From a virus (taxonomy: Duplodnaviria > Caudoviricetes): 27,057 bases of DNA. Shown in pieces: positions 1 through 8,732 of this stretch (position 1 is its first letter; the number at the start of each line of letters is the position of its first letter). The stretch spans positions 1 to 27,057 of IMG/VR virus record IMGVR_UViG_3300033076_001141, one strand, 5' to 3'. The notes under the pieces were generated by a model, which saw nothing but the letters and a program-made list of their open reading frames with translations, did no database searches and was not told the DNA's origin. Made by a program: the position numbers and the translations under genes.

Positions 1-136
1 ACCCCCTCCCCACGGCCACCAGGGATGAGGAGAGAGCTTGTGCTTGAGCTAATGTCTTCCCCCGTAGCGCACATGAAATAGGAAATGCTGCAATGAGTCA
101 TTGCCGAGTTTCATTTTCTGGGTAACACTCTCCCCT

Positions 137-895
137 GTGGTTTCCTCATCCCCTTCCGCAGATTCAAATCCATCCGCAGACTCGCCTGAGTCTGACGAAC
201 TAGCTGACTGGTTCGATCCCTCTTCCGCAGTCGCTGACTCTCCCGTCAGTAACTCTTCGAGTTCTCCCCCTCTGGGGGAGAATGAGTCCACACCCGCGCC
301 CCTCGCTTCACTCGATGACACTCCACTCGCACTCGATCCATCAGTCATCGAAGCGCACGACTCCCGCTCCCTCGCCGCAGGTAAACTCACGCCCAGACAC
401 AGACGCTTCTGTCAGCTCGCTGCAGCCGGTTGGACGAACGCACAAATCTGCAAGGAACTCGGTTACGTCAGCTCTCGCGTCTCAGTCCTACTCAAGAATC
501 AATTCATCGCCGCAGAGATAATTCGTCTGCAGAATAAACTCTTCGAAGAGACTGTCGTTCAGAGAATGAAAGCACTCGGGGATCCAGCACTCTCCGTAAT
601 TGAAGACATCCTCACGGACACGAGTAACAGAGTGAAAGTCTCAGAGAAACTCGACGCTGCGAAATGGGTAGTTGAGAAACTAGACGGGAAGGCAATCCAA
701 CGTCACGACGTCGGAGAAAATCTCCTCTCCGTCCTCATGGACAGACTCGACGCACAGAAGACTCCCCATCGGGCCCCGCAACTCTCCTCACCCGCAGACA
801 TTGAGATGCGCGCGGTAAATGACGCAACGCCGCCTAAACCAAAGTCCGAAGAAGAATTACTCGACGAATGGGTTTCGAATTTCAGCTCCACCTAA
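137..895 (+). CDS. terS: Probable terminase small subunit (HTH DNA-binding protein with acidic Ser/Pro-rich N-terminal tail)
   Basis: HTH-like segment LTPRHRRFCQLAAAGWTNAQICKELGYVSSRVSVLL, then TerS-like helices (ALSVIEDIL...SEKLDAAKWVVEKLDGKAIQRHDV). First gene of the packaging arm. The ORF is open from TTG 101, but GTG 137 is an alternative start; the start is uncertain. Confidence 0.65.
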   Translation: MVSSSPSADSNPSADSPESDELADWFDPSSAVADSPVSNSSSSPPLGENESTPAPLASLDDTPLALDPSVIEAHDSRSLAAGKLTPRHRRFCQLAAAGWTNAQICKELGYVSSRVSVLLKNQFIAAEIIRLQNKLFEETVVQRMKALGDPALSVIEDILTDTSNRVKVSEKLDAAKWVVEKLDGKAIQRHDVGENLLSVLMDRLDAQKTPHRAPQLSSPADIEMRAVNDATPPKPKSEEELLDEWVSNFSST

Positions 896-910
896 GCTAC
901 ACTTTCCCTC

Positions 911-1150
911 ATGGGATTCACTCAAGACGTCGTAAAAGCGCTAAATTCCAATGAAACTACTCGCCTCGATGAGGCATCCTCGACTGTCTCCTACGTAGGT
1001 AAAGCAGCACCAGGGACCGCAGAAACAGCTGCAGCCTGGAAGATCTCCCGAATCACCGTCACAGGGACAGTCACTAAAATCGAACTTGCCGACGGTAACG
1101 CTAACTATGACAATATCTGGGACAATAGAGCATCACTGACTTACAGCTAA
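911..1150 (+). CDS. Small uncharacterised phage protein, probably virion-associated (79 aa)
   Basis: ATG start and phage-typical codon usage. The pattern YVGKAAPG...AAWKISRI...ADGNANYDNIWDNRASLTYS resembles a small protein family I recall from phage structural regions. Confidence 0.7.
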   Translation: MGFTQDVVKALNSNETTRLDEASSTVSYVGKAAPGTAETAAAWKISRITVTGTVTKIELADGNANYDNIWDNRASLTYS

Positions 1151-1159
1151 GGAGAGCAG

Positions 1160-1567
1160 ATGTCTTTTTCAAACACCGCTGAGACGGCAATTCTCGACTA
1201 CATATTCAAAGGCACAAACGTATCCTGGGATGGCAACACTGACCTCTACATCGCCCTCTACACTGCAGATCCAGCGGAAACTGGCTCAGCGACTACGAAT
1301 GAGGCGACCTACGGAGATTACGCAAGAATCGCACTCACTCGCTCAACTGACTTCACAGTCTCAGGAAACTCCGTCTCAAACACTAACCTCGAGCAATTCG
1401 CAGCCTGCACATCAGGCAGTAACACCATCACGCACGCTGCAATCGTCACCTCATCAAGCGGAGCAGGAACAATCATCGTCCGCGCTGCACTGAACTCCTC
1501 AATCTCAGTCAGCACTGGCGTTCAACCTCAATTCGCAGCTGGCGCGCTCTCCTTCACGCTCGACTAA
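1160..1567 (+). CDS. Small beta-rich phage fibre/virion subunit (Gp80-like 'phage tail fibre protein' type)
   Basis: RBS AAGGAG at 1149-1154. Motifs LYIALYTADP, NEATYGDYARI, SNTNLEQF, TITHAAI, PQFAAGALSFTLD fit this family from memory. Confidence 0.75.
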   Translation: MSFSNTAETAILDYIFKGTNVSWDGNTDLYIALYTADPAETGSATTNEATYGDYARIALTRSTDFTVSGNSVSNTNLEQFAACTSGSNTITHAAIVTSSSGAGTIIVRAALNSSISVSTGVQPQFAAGALSFTLD

Positions 1568-2433
1568 TGCCAGGCTTTAAGGGATTTGCTGCATTCAGAG
1601 AAGCAGTCAATACGGACGGGAGTGTCTGGACGACCTCCTTCCGTAAAGTCGTCAGCAATGCGACAGTCGCGGGAACCTGGTGCGATCTCTCTTACTCACC
1701 TGGTAACCCACCGGCTAACTTCTACGCGACTGAACCACTAGTCGCAGCGACTCTCTCCGCAACAAAGGGAATAGACAACGGAGGATCCGTAACTCCGAAG
1801 AAGAAATACTTCAAAAAACTCCTCGTCTACTCTCCCTCGACAGCCTTTCAGTCCTGCTCTCTCCTCCTCTGTGACTATCTCCTCTACTACCCATTCATCG
1901 ACGGAGATTCCACAGACACTCAAGCGCTCGACAACACGGTCACTCTCCCTCGCTCAACTACTGGATCAGGAATACGCGCAATACTCGTCGCGCAAGGGGG
2001 TTACGTCGGCGGTGCTCAATTCTCCATCACCTACACTAATCAAGATGGAACTTCAGGGAGAACATCACCGCTCGTCACGAGCAACACTGCAACCTTCGCA
2101 GCGACTCTCCTCACAGGTGGAACGGCAGCTGGGAACTCAGGTCCCTTCATCCCACTCCAAGCGGGAGATTACGGAATCAGGTCAGTTCAATCCATCACCT
2201 TCTCATCAGCAAATGGTGGAATCTCAGCGCTCGTCCTCGTCAAACCAATCGCTGAAATTCCCATCACTGAAGTCACTGCGACCTTCGTAACACCGAGCGA
2301 GCAGGCAAACTTCCTACAGGAATTCAACGGCGCGCAAATCGAAGACGGAGCTTACTTAAACTTTCTTTGTTTACCTAACGGATCTCTCTCCGGCGGGGTA
2401 CTACAGGGATTACTTCAAACAGTCTGGGGGTAA
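1567..2433 (+). CDS. Uncharacterised Thr/Gly/Ser-rich phage protein, paralogue A (288 aa)
   Basis: TAATG coupling to the upstream gene. Shares AGxWxDLS, YYPxI, PFxPLQxGDxGIxSVQ, QIxDGAxLNxL and terminal WG* with 2437..3321. Confidence 0.8.
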   Translation: MPGFKGFAAFREAVNTDGSVWTTSFRKVVSNATVAGTWCDLSYSPGNPPANFYATEPLVAATLSATKGIDNGGSVTPKKKYFKKLLVYSPSTAFQSCSLLLCDYLLYYPFIDGDSTDTQALDNTVTLPRSTTGSGIRAILVAQGGYVGGAQFSITYTNQDGTSGRTSPLVTSNTATFAATLLTGGTAAGNSGPFIPLQAGDYGIRSVQSITFSSANGGISALVLVKPIAEIPITEVTATFVTPSEQANFLQEFNGAQIEDGAYLNFLCLPNGSLSGGVLQGLLQTVWG

Positions 2434-2436
2434 CCA

Positions 2437-3321
2437 ATGGGATTTTCATCAGTCGATGATCTAATTAACGAAATGACAACAAACGGAAAACGCTACCGCG
2501 CCGATTTCAACAAAACAGTAGCTAACGGTGCTTACGCTGCCGGTGCCTGGTATGATCTCTCCCTCCTCGCGGGTTCACCAGTCGCAAACACCTACACGGG
2601 AACTGCACTGACCGCACAGGTCCCGACTGAGACTACGGGATGGGGCATCTACCACGGCGGTAACGTCTCCTCAGACACGAAACATCTCATCAAAGCCGTC
2701 GCTACAGGTAACACCGCAACTGTATCACCAGGTACTCTCATCCTCGTCGACGTCTGTCTTTACTACCCAGGCATCAACACTACGATCAGCACAACGCAGA
2801 CCATGACAAACAGCTCCTCACTCACTCGTTACACAACTGGTGCTGGTCTTCGTATGTACATGACCATGACAGTCGCATCAGGTGCCAACACTCCAACACT
2901 CGCAGTAAGCTACACGAGACAGAACACTGGAGGAACAGACACGGGCCGCGCCCTCGGAGCAACTACAGCACTCACAGCATCATCTGGTATCGGACGATTC
3001 CCCACATCAGGAACAGCTGCGAACAACCGCGCACCTTTCCTCCCACTCCAGTCAGGAGACACAGGAATTCAGTCCGTCCAGAACGTCGTCATCACGACTC
3101 CGCACGCGACTACAGGAACTGCAGCACTCGTCATCTGCGCACCTCTCGTCGAAATCCCGCTCAGCACGGCAAACGTCCCCGTCATTATGGATTTCCTCAC
3201 TCAAGCACCATCTCTCCCACAAATCCAAGACGGAGCTTGCCTCAATCTCCTCTACCAACCAGCAGGTGCAGCTGCGAACGGTTCGATCATCTCTGGCTCA
3301 CTGGATTTCATCTGGGGGTAA
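2437..3321 (+). CDS. Uncharacterised Thr/Gly/Ser-rich phage protein, paralogue B (294 aa)
   Basis: GGGGG just upstream as a probable SD. End-to-end similarity to 1567..2433. Confidence 0.8.
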   Translation: MGFSSVDDLINEMTTNGKRYRADFNKTVANGAYAAGAWYDLSLLAGSPVANTYTGTALTAQVPTETTGWGIYHGGNVSSDTKHLIKAVATGNTATVSPGTLILVDVCLYYPGINTTISTTQTMTNSSSLTRYTTGAGLRMYMTMTVASGANTPTLAVSYTRQNTGGTDTGRALGATTALTASSGIGRFPTSGTAANNRAPFLPLQSGDTGIQSVQNVVITTPHATTGTAALVICAPLVEIPLSTANVPVIMDFLTQAPSLPQIQDGACLNLLYQPAGAAANGSIISGSLDFIWG

Positions 3322-3324
3322 ACC

Positions 3325-4068
3325 ATGGCCCTAATCACTAACCGGAGAAACGCAGTCGCCTACACGCGCAGTACTCTCGCAGGGGGTACTGAAGCGTGGG
3401 ATGTCCTAAGGCAACACAACCTCAGGAACACCTACGCTGGCTCCGGTGGGATTGACGACAAGTCGGGCATTCCAAATGGCCACAACATGGGAGCAATCCT
3501 CCTCCCACTAAAAGCCGGTGGAATGTCCGTCTTCCAAGACGCTGCTGAAATCACAGCGACAAGCGCAGATGCGAAGATGGGTCGCCCTATCACAGCATCC
3601 TCATCCTGCGCAATCACCGTCACAAATGCGCAACTAGATAAGATTGCAAGTCTCGCAGGATCTGCAGCACTCACGATCACTGCCACAGCAAGCATCACAT
3701 CAGCAGCTGCACTCGTAGGATCCGCAGCCTGCGCTATCACACCCTCAGCAACTCTCGGCGGAATCATCCCAGCTGCAGGATCGTCAAGCTGCACTCTCAC
3801 TCCATCCGTCACGATCAGTGCTCTCGCCTTCATGGAAGCTGAAGCTGGCGGTCCAACGCCCCTAAGTCCAGAGGGTCTCGCAGATGCAGTCTGGGATACT
3901 CTCCTCTCCGATCACCAGGACACAGGTACGGCAGGGAAGGCACTCTCTGACGCAGGTGGCTCAGGTAACCCATGGTCAGCGCTCCTCGCGGACAATAACG
4001 ACACGGGAACATTCGGAGAGAGGGTGCAGAAACTCCTCACGACTGCAAAGTTCCTCGGATTGAAGTAA
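3325..4068 (+). CDS. Putative fibre/appendage protein with 20-aa repeats (247 aa)
   Basis: Ala/Ser/Thr-rich, with four 20-aa repeats (aa 88-167) and a duplicated WxxLLxDxxDTGTxG motif near the C-terminus. Confidence 0.7.
   Translation: MALITNRRNAVAYTRSTLAGGTEAWDVLRQHNLRNTYAGSGGIDDKSGIPNGHNMGAILLPLKAGGMSVFQDAAEITATSADAKMGRPITASSSCAITVTNAQLDKIASLAGSAALTITATASITSAAALVGSAACAITPSATLGGIIPAAGSSSCTLTPSVTISALAFMEAEAGGPTPLSPEGLADAVWDTLLSDHQDTGTAGKALSDAGGSGNPWSALLADNNDTGTFGERVQKLLTTAKFLGLK
3586..3825 (+). repeat. Four degenerate 60-nt (20-aa) tandem repeats within 3325..4068
   Basis: G(C/T)AGGATC starts at 3655, 3715 and 3775, exactly 60 nt apart. Peptides: PITASSSCAITVTNAQLDKI / ASLAGSAALTITATASITSA / AALVGSAACAITPSATLGGI / IPAAGSSSCTLTPSVTISAL. 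Confidence 0.8.
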
Positions 4069-4174
4069 TAACGCGACACGGCACTCATCTTTGAGATTGA
4101 AACGGTGTAAAAATCACCGGAAACTAAACACACGCGAGTAATTTCATCACAGTGTAACACCACGCGGAGCATCA

Positions 4175-5737
4175 TTGACCTCACCGGAATTAAGCCCAGA
4201 CGCACTCACGCGCTATCAGCAATTCAGGGAAGATCCCTGGCTTTTCCTCAAACACTGTGTCTACACGCAAGATGAAGTTGATCAGGAAAATCCGATCAAA
4301 CCCTACCCGAGCTATCTCCTCTACACGAAATTCCTCACTCTCATGTGGATGAAGGAGAGGAGAATCGCCGTCCCCAAATCAAGACGAATGACGGCCTCTT
4401 GGACCTTCATCTCCCTCACCGTCTGGGATGTCATCTTCCACAAAGGGAGAAGCTGGGCGTTTTGTTCGAAAAAAGAAGAAGACGCGAAGGAACTAGTCGA
4501 GCGCGCTGAATTCATCATCCGTCACATCCCGCCGGAGATGATCTCACCAGACCTCCTCCCAAAGATGAAGCGCGGACAGATGCAGACCTCTCCGCCTGTC
4601 ATCGAATTCGAAGACATTTACTCGAAAATACAAGGCTTCCCCTCCGGTGCGAACCAGCTCCGGCAGCGGGGATTCTCAGGAATCCTAAACGACGAGTGCG
4701 CTTTCTGGGAAAATGCAGAAGACGCCTATGCATCCGCAGAACCTACCATCAAAGGGGGAGGTCGAATGGTCATGATCTCCTCGCGCGCGACCGAAGACGG
4801 CGGTTTCTTCAAAAAAATCTGCTTCGATCAACTCGACGCGAAGGACATTCGCTTCCCCGAGATTCCACCCTCCCCGACCAAGACACCCATGGAAGGTGTC
4901 ACAGTCTGGAAAAACCCGAAGAATGAATTCCTCATCATCGATCTCCACTACACGGCAAATCCCGCAAAAAGAGGCGCTGAGTTCAGAGAGGGGCTGAGAA
5001 AGACACTCCCGATTCGAAAATTCCGCATGGAATACGAGAAGAGCTGGGAAACTTTCGACGGACGCCCCGTCTATGAAGACTTCAATGAGCTAATCCACCT
5101 CACTCAAGTCAAACCTGAATTCCACATCGGTCTCCCACTCATCCTCGGATGGGACTCATCAGGACTCACACCGGCTGCAGTCCTCGCTCAGCTGCGAGAA
5201 GAACAACTCGTCGTCTTCCTCGAGATCATCGGACAAGGAATGGGTGCAAAGAGATTCATCCCACTCGTCGAGCAAGCAATTCGGATGAATTTCCCTCAAA
5301 TCACGGACTTCAGCGAGCAGACAATCTCCTTCTTCGACCCTGCCGGATTCAAGAAGAATGAAATCACCGAGGAGACCTACCTCCAGCGAATGCAAACGCA
5401 CGGATTTAAGAAGATCTTCCCAGGTCCAATGACCTGGAACAAGCGAGTCGACGCAGTCACAGAAAGACTCACAGAGATGAGTAAGGGTCAGCCAAAGATA
5501 CTCCTTTTCGAACCAGGCTGCCCAGTCATCGCAGCCGGATTCAAAGGTGGCTACAGATACCCAGATTCCGTCAGCGACACAGAACCAGATAAGCCTAAAG
5601 CAGTAAAAGACATCCACTCACACCCGCACGATGCACTTCAATACCTCTGCGGGGGACTCAAAAACTACAAGAGAACTCACTACAACTACGAAATCCCGAT
5701 CCCAAGTTACGGATTTCAGAAAGCGAGCACACCATGA
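4175..5737 (+). CDS. terL: Terminase large subunit
   Basis: Walker A variant VPKSRRMTASW, Walker B GILNDECAFW, motif III MISS, and RNase H-type nuclease motifs ILGWD, FFDPAG, HSHPHDALQY. TTG start with GGAG upstream; directly precedes the portal. Confidence 0.92.
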   Translation: MTSPELSPDALTRYQQFREDPWLFLKHCVYTQDEVDQENPIKPYPSYLLYTKFLTLMWMKERRIAVPKSRRMTASWTFISLTVWDVIFHKGRSWAFCSKKEEDAKELVERAEFIIRHIPPEMISPDLLPKMKRGQMQTSPPVIEFEDIYSKIQGFPSGANQLRQRGFSGILNDECAFWENAEDAYASAEPTIKGGGRMVMISSRATEDGGFFKKICFDQLDAKDIRFPEIPPSPTKTPMEGVTVWKNPKNEFLIIDLHYTANPAKRGAEFREGLRKTLPIRKFRMEYEKSWETFDGRPVYEDFNELIHLTQVKPEFHIGLPLILGWDSSGLTPAAVLAQLREEQLVVFLEIIGQGMGAKRFIPLVEQAIRMNFPQITDFSEQTISFFDPAGFKKNEITEETYLQRMQTHGFKKIFPGPMTWNKRVDAVTERLTEMSKGQPKILLFEPGCPVIAAGFKGGYRYPDSVSDTEPDKPKAVKDIHSHPHDALQYLCGGLKNYKRTHYNYEIPIPSYGFQKASTP

Positions 5738-7629
5738 GCGAAAAAACACTCACCGATAAGCAAATAATCGACTGGATCCTCTCCTGCCGTGAAGAAGCAG
5801 ATCAGGCAAAGAAGGATCGAATGGATACGAACAAAGATAACTACGCAATGTTCCACCTAAAGCACGATTTCACACACAAAAAAGAGGGCCAAAGTCAGGA
5901 AGTCCTCTCCAAACAAAGCATGGCAGTCGAACAAAACAAGTCCTTCTTCCAACAAGCCCTCGCAGATCTCGGCGAATGGTGGAAAGCAGAGGCGAAATTC
6001 CCAGATTACGAGCAAATGATGCTCATCAGACCGCATGAAATCACAACACTGACTAACTACATGCTCGAAAAAGCCCTCTACTTCAGTCATGTCGGCAATT
6101 CCATTGAATCTGCCATGCTCGCATCTCTCGCGATCAGCAAAACAGGCGGAAAACTCGTCAGTAAACCCAAATACGTCGCAAGAAAGAAGGGTCGAGGTCG
6201 CTCACTCAAGCGCTGGCTTGAGAAAATCGAAGATAAGAGCTGGGAAATCACCTTCTCCTGCGTCCGAGCGGAGAACTACTACCCAGATCCGACCGGAAAA
6301 GGACTCTACGAGATCGAAGACAGTTGGCCTGACTTCTACGAACTCCTCCAGCTTGCCGAAGCGGACGATGATTACGATCTTGAACTGATCAAGACTCTCA
6401 GCCGCTCCGACATGACAGACATCGAGGAGAACTACAACCGAGCACTCGAAGTCGGACAGAATACGACCGTCTACGGACACAGACCTCGCCCGAAGGTGAC
6501 TGAATTCTGGGGAACAATCCTCCACCCGACTTCAGGCGAGATCATGCACGAGAACATCCAAGCCATCATAGTCAACGACACGCACCTCATCATGCGTCCG
6601 CGAGCAAATCCACTCTGGCATCAGCGCTCACCCTACACAGTAAGCCCACTCATGGAAGTTGCAAATTCCGTCTGGCATAAAGCACCCATGGATGCTCCGA
6701 CGAAGCACAACCGAGCACTCATCGAGATGTACAATCTCGTCGTCGATGCAGCAATGAGACAAGTCCATGCGGTCAGCCAGCTGCGAAAGGACGTCCTCGA
6801 CAATCCAGCGCAGATTCAAAACGGAATCAAACCAGGTGAGACTCTCCTCGTAAACTCCATGCTCCCGCCAGGGGCAAAGGCACTCGAACCCCTCACTGCA
6901 GTTCAAATCCCAGGTGAAGCCTTCAACGTCTTCAACATCATGTCACAGGAATTCAACTCCTCAGCTCTCACGAATGACCTCCGTCAAGGAGTCATGCCTT
7001 TTCGCGCGGTCAAAGCGACAGAAGTCGTCGAAGCTAGTCAGACCATCACCTCAGTATTCCAAGGTATGGCTAAAAATTACGAAGCTAGACAGTCCCAGCG
7101 AGAACTAGAACTAGCCTGGATGACGACAGCGCAGAACTGGGATCAGATCGATAAGGAAGTCTTCATCACTCTCTTCGGTCCACAGCGCGGAGAGGAACTC
7201 GCTCAACTAAGTCCAGAGGAAGTCTTCGCAGCAACCGTCAACGGTATTCGCTTCAAAGTCTTCGGAATTACGCAGACTCTCGCTAAAGCGCAAGACTTCA
7301 GGAAACTCACGACACTCCTTCAGACCATCGCAAGTTCACCCATCCTAATGGAGGAATACCTTAAAAAGTATGACCTCGGGAAAACACTCGGCGAAATCAT
7401 GTCCGCGCTCAACATCGACAAGCACAAACTCGAAATCCCAGTCGCAGTTCAGCGCACTATGCAACCGAGTGAGGATCCAAGCGCAATGGAACAGGGAGCA
7501 CCAGTCGAAGGACAGCCAGACATGATGAGCCAGACTCCAGACGCAGGCGGACTCTCCGCAATGGTCGGACCTGAGATTCCCTCAACTCAATTTCCAGGCT
7601 CTCCAGCACTCATCGGGGGTAACCAATGA
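5734..7629 (+). CDS. Portal protein (podovirus/P22-like)
   Basis: 631 aa, ATGA overlap with terL. Motifs ENYYPDP, VTEFWG, NPLWH, IKPG, KATEV and a Pro/Gln/Met-rich C-terminal tail typical of podovirus portals. Confidence 0.88.
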   Translation: MSEKTLTDKQIIDWILSCREEADQAKKDRMDTNKDNYAMFHLKHDFTHKKEGQSQEVLSKQSMAVEQNKSFFQQALADLGEWWKAEAKFPDYEQMMLIRPHEITTLTNYMLEKALYFSHVGNSIESAMLASLAISKTGGKLVSKPKYVARKKGRGRSLKRWLEKIEDKSWEITFSCVRAENYYPDPTGKGLYEIEDSWPDFYELLQLAEADDDYDLELIKTLSRSDMTDIEENYNRALEVGQNTTVYGHRPRPKVTEFWGTILHPTSGEIMHENIQAIIVNDTHLIMRPRANPLWHQRSPYTVSPLMEVANSVWHKAPMDAPTKHNRALIEMYNLVVDAAMRQVHAVSQLRKDVLDNPAQIQNGIKPGETLLVNSMLPPGAKALEPLTAVQIPGEAFNVFNIMSQEFNSSALTNDLRQGVMPFRAVKATEVVEASQTITSVFQGMAKNYEARQSQRELELAWMTTAQNWDQIDKEVFITLFGPQRGEELAQLSPEEVFAATVNGIRFKVFGITQTLAKAQDFRKLTTLLQTIASSPILMEEYLKKYDLGKTLGEIMSALNIDKHKLEIPVAVQRTMQPSEDPSAMEQGAPVEGQPDMMSQTPDAGGLSAMVGPEIPSTQFPGSPALIGGNQ

Positions 7630-7874
7630 ACGACGAACTACAAGCAGAATACGCAGAAGCCAAGACTTTCGCCTGGGCTGCTCCAGTCATCCTCCCTCTC
7701 ATTGAGAAGAGAAAGAGAGTCGCCTTCGAACTCCTCGTCTCTGAATTCAAACAGGGCAAGACTGACCCAACGGCTAGAATCGCGGAACTAACTGTCCTCT
7801 CAGATCTCGAGAGGGAAATTCACCAGAAACAAAACTACTACGAAGCACTGGAGGCACAACATGCTAGAAAATAA
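7626..7874 (+). CDS. Small helical protein between portal and scaffold
   Basis: ATGA overlap with the portal stop, GGGGG SD, 82 aa. A small gene at this position is common in podoviruses. Confidence 0.75.
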   Translation: MNDELQAEYAEAKTFAWAAPVILPLIEKRKRVAFELLVSEFKQGKTDPTARIAELTVLSDLEREIHQKQNYYEALEAQHARK

Positions 7875-8691
7875 CCCTAACTCAGATATGCTAAAGGAAC
7901 TACGGCAAGCCAAGGAAGAGGCTAAGCTAACTGCCGCAACTGGCGAGGGAGGGAACCCAAATGGCCAGGCAGACGAACTCCCCCAAGGGTCATCCCCGCT
8001 CCAGGCGAGTGAGGAGACTGCAGTCAACGGGGAAGAGACTCCCCAAGAAGCACCCGCAGAGGCTGAAAGAGAGTCAGCTCCAGACGCAGGGGGAGAATCA
8101 GAAGAAGGGCCGATTCGAATCGGAGATCAAACCTTCAAAACCTCCAAAGAAGCCATCGCCTACGCAGAAAGACTCGAGCGAGAAAAACTCCTCACAGAAG
8201 CTCACGCCGCAGGAGTTCGTGAAGCTCTTGAAGCAACACGTCAGCCCGTTCAACCAGAACCGGAACCTGAAGACAATTTTGAAGAACGCTTTTACGCGAA
8301 CCCCAAAGAAACGCTAAAGGAAATCCAAGCGCGCGCACGCGATGAGGCAATCCAAGCAATCCGCGCTGAGAATCAGCGGGAGAAAATGTGGGGCGAATTC
8401 CTCGAACAGTATCCGGACATTCGCAGGAAAGATGCGGAAAGAGTCCTTCAGGAGAACTGGGACAGCATCGGAAAAATGACCAACGTACCTGAGGCAATGA
8501 AAGTCCTCGCACGTAAAGTTCGCTCCGAATATGAGGAAATCATCGAGAGAACTAAGCCCCGAACCGTCCTCGCAGACAAAAAACAGGTCGTAAGTGCAGG
8601 TGGAGGCGCTCCAAAGAGTGTAACACCCCAGAAAAAAGACGACCGACCACTTGATTTCGCGAGTCAAATACGTGCAGCATTTAAGCGTTAG
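7861..8691 (+). CDS. Capsid scaffolding protein
   Basis: GGAGG RBS. Acidic disordered N-terminus, coiled-coil core and short C-terminal amphipathic helix (DFASQIRAAFKR); immediately upstream of the capsid gene. Confidence 0.8.
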   Translation: MLENNPNSDMLKELRQAKEEAKLTAATGEGGNPNGQADELPQGSSPLQASEETAVNGEETPQEAPAEAERESAPDAGGESEEGPIRIGDQTFKTSKEAIAYAERLEREKLLTEAHAAGVREALEATRQPVQPEPEPEDNFEERFYANPKETLKEIQARARDEAIQAIRAENQREKMWGEFLEQYPDIRRKDAERVLQENWDSIGKMTNVPEAMKVLARKVRSEYEEIIERTKPRTVLADKKQVVSAGGGAPKSVTPQKKDDRPLDFASQIRAAFKR

Positions 8692-8700
8692 GTAAATAAG

Positions 8701-8732
8701 TAGAGTACTCTCTGGCGGTCAGCGAGTCTCTA
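8701..8732 (+). promoter_or_regulatory. Stem-loop in the leader of the major capsid gene
   Basis: TAGAG-t-ACTC-t-CTG[gcggt]CAG-c-GAGT-CTCTA imperfect inverted repeat. It has no U-tract and lies about 15 nt upstream of the AAGGAAGG RBS. Confidence 0.5.

Noticed and set aside
101-129. Sigma70 promoter TTGCCG-N16-TAACAC
   Set aside because: The -10 lacks the conserved final T and the spacing is short; kept only as part of the shared-motif finding.
49-390. 113-aa minus-strand ORF
   Set aside because: Antisense shadow of the low-complexity terS N-terminus; no recognisable motif.
3586-3825. CRISPR-like array
   Set aside because: The repeats are degenerate, in frame and protein-coding, with no conserved repeat/unique spacer structure.
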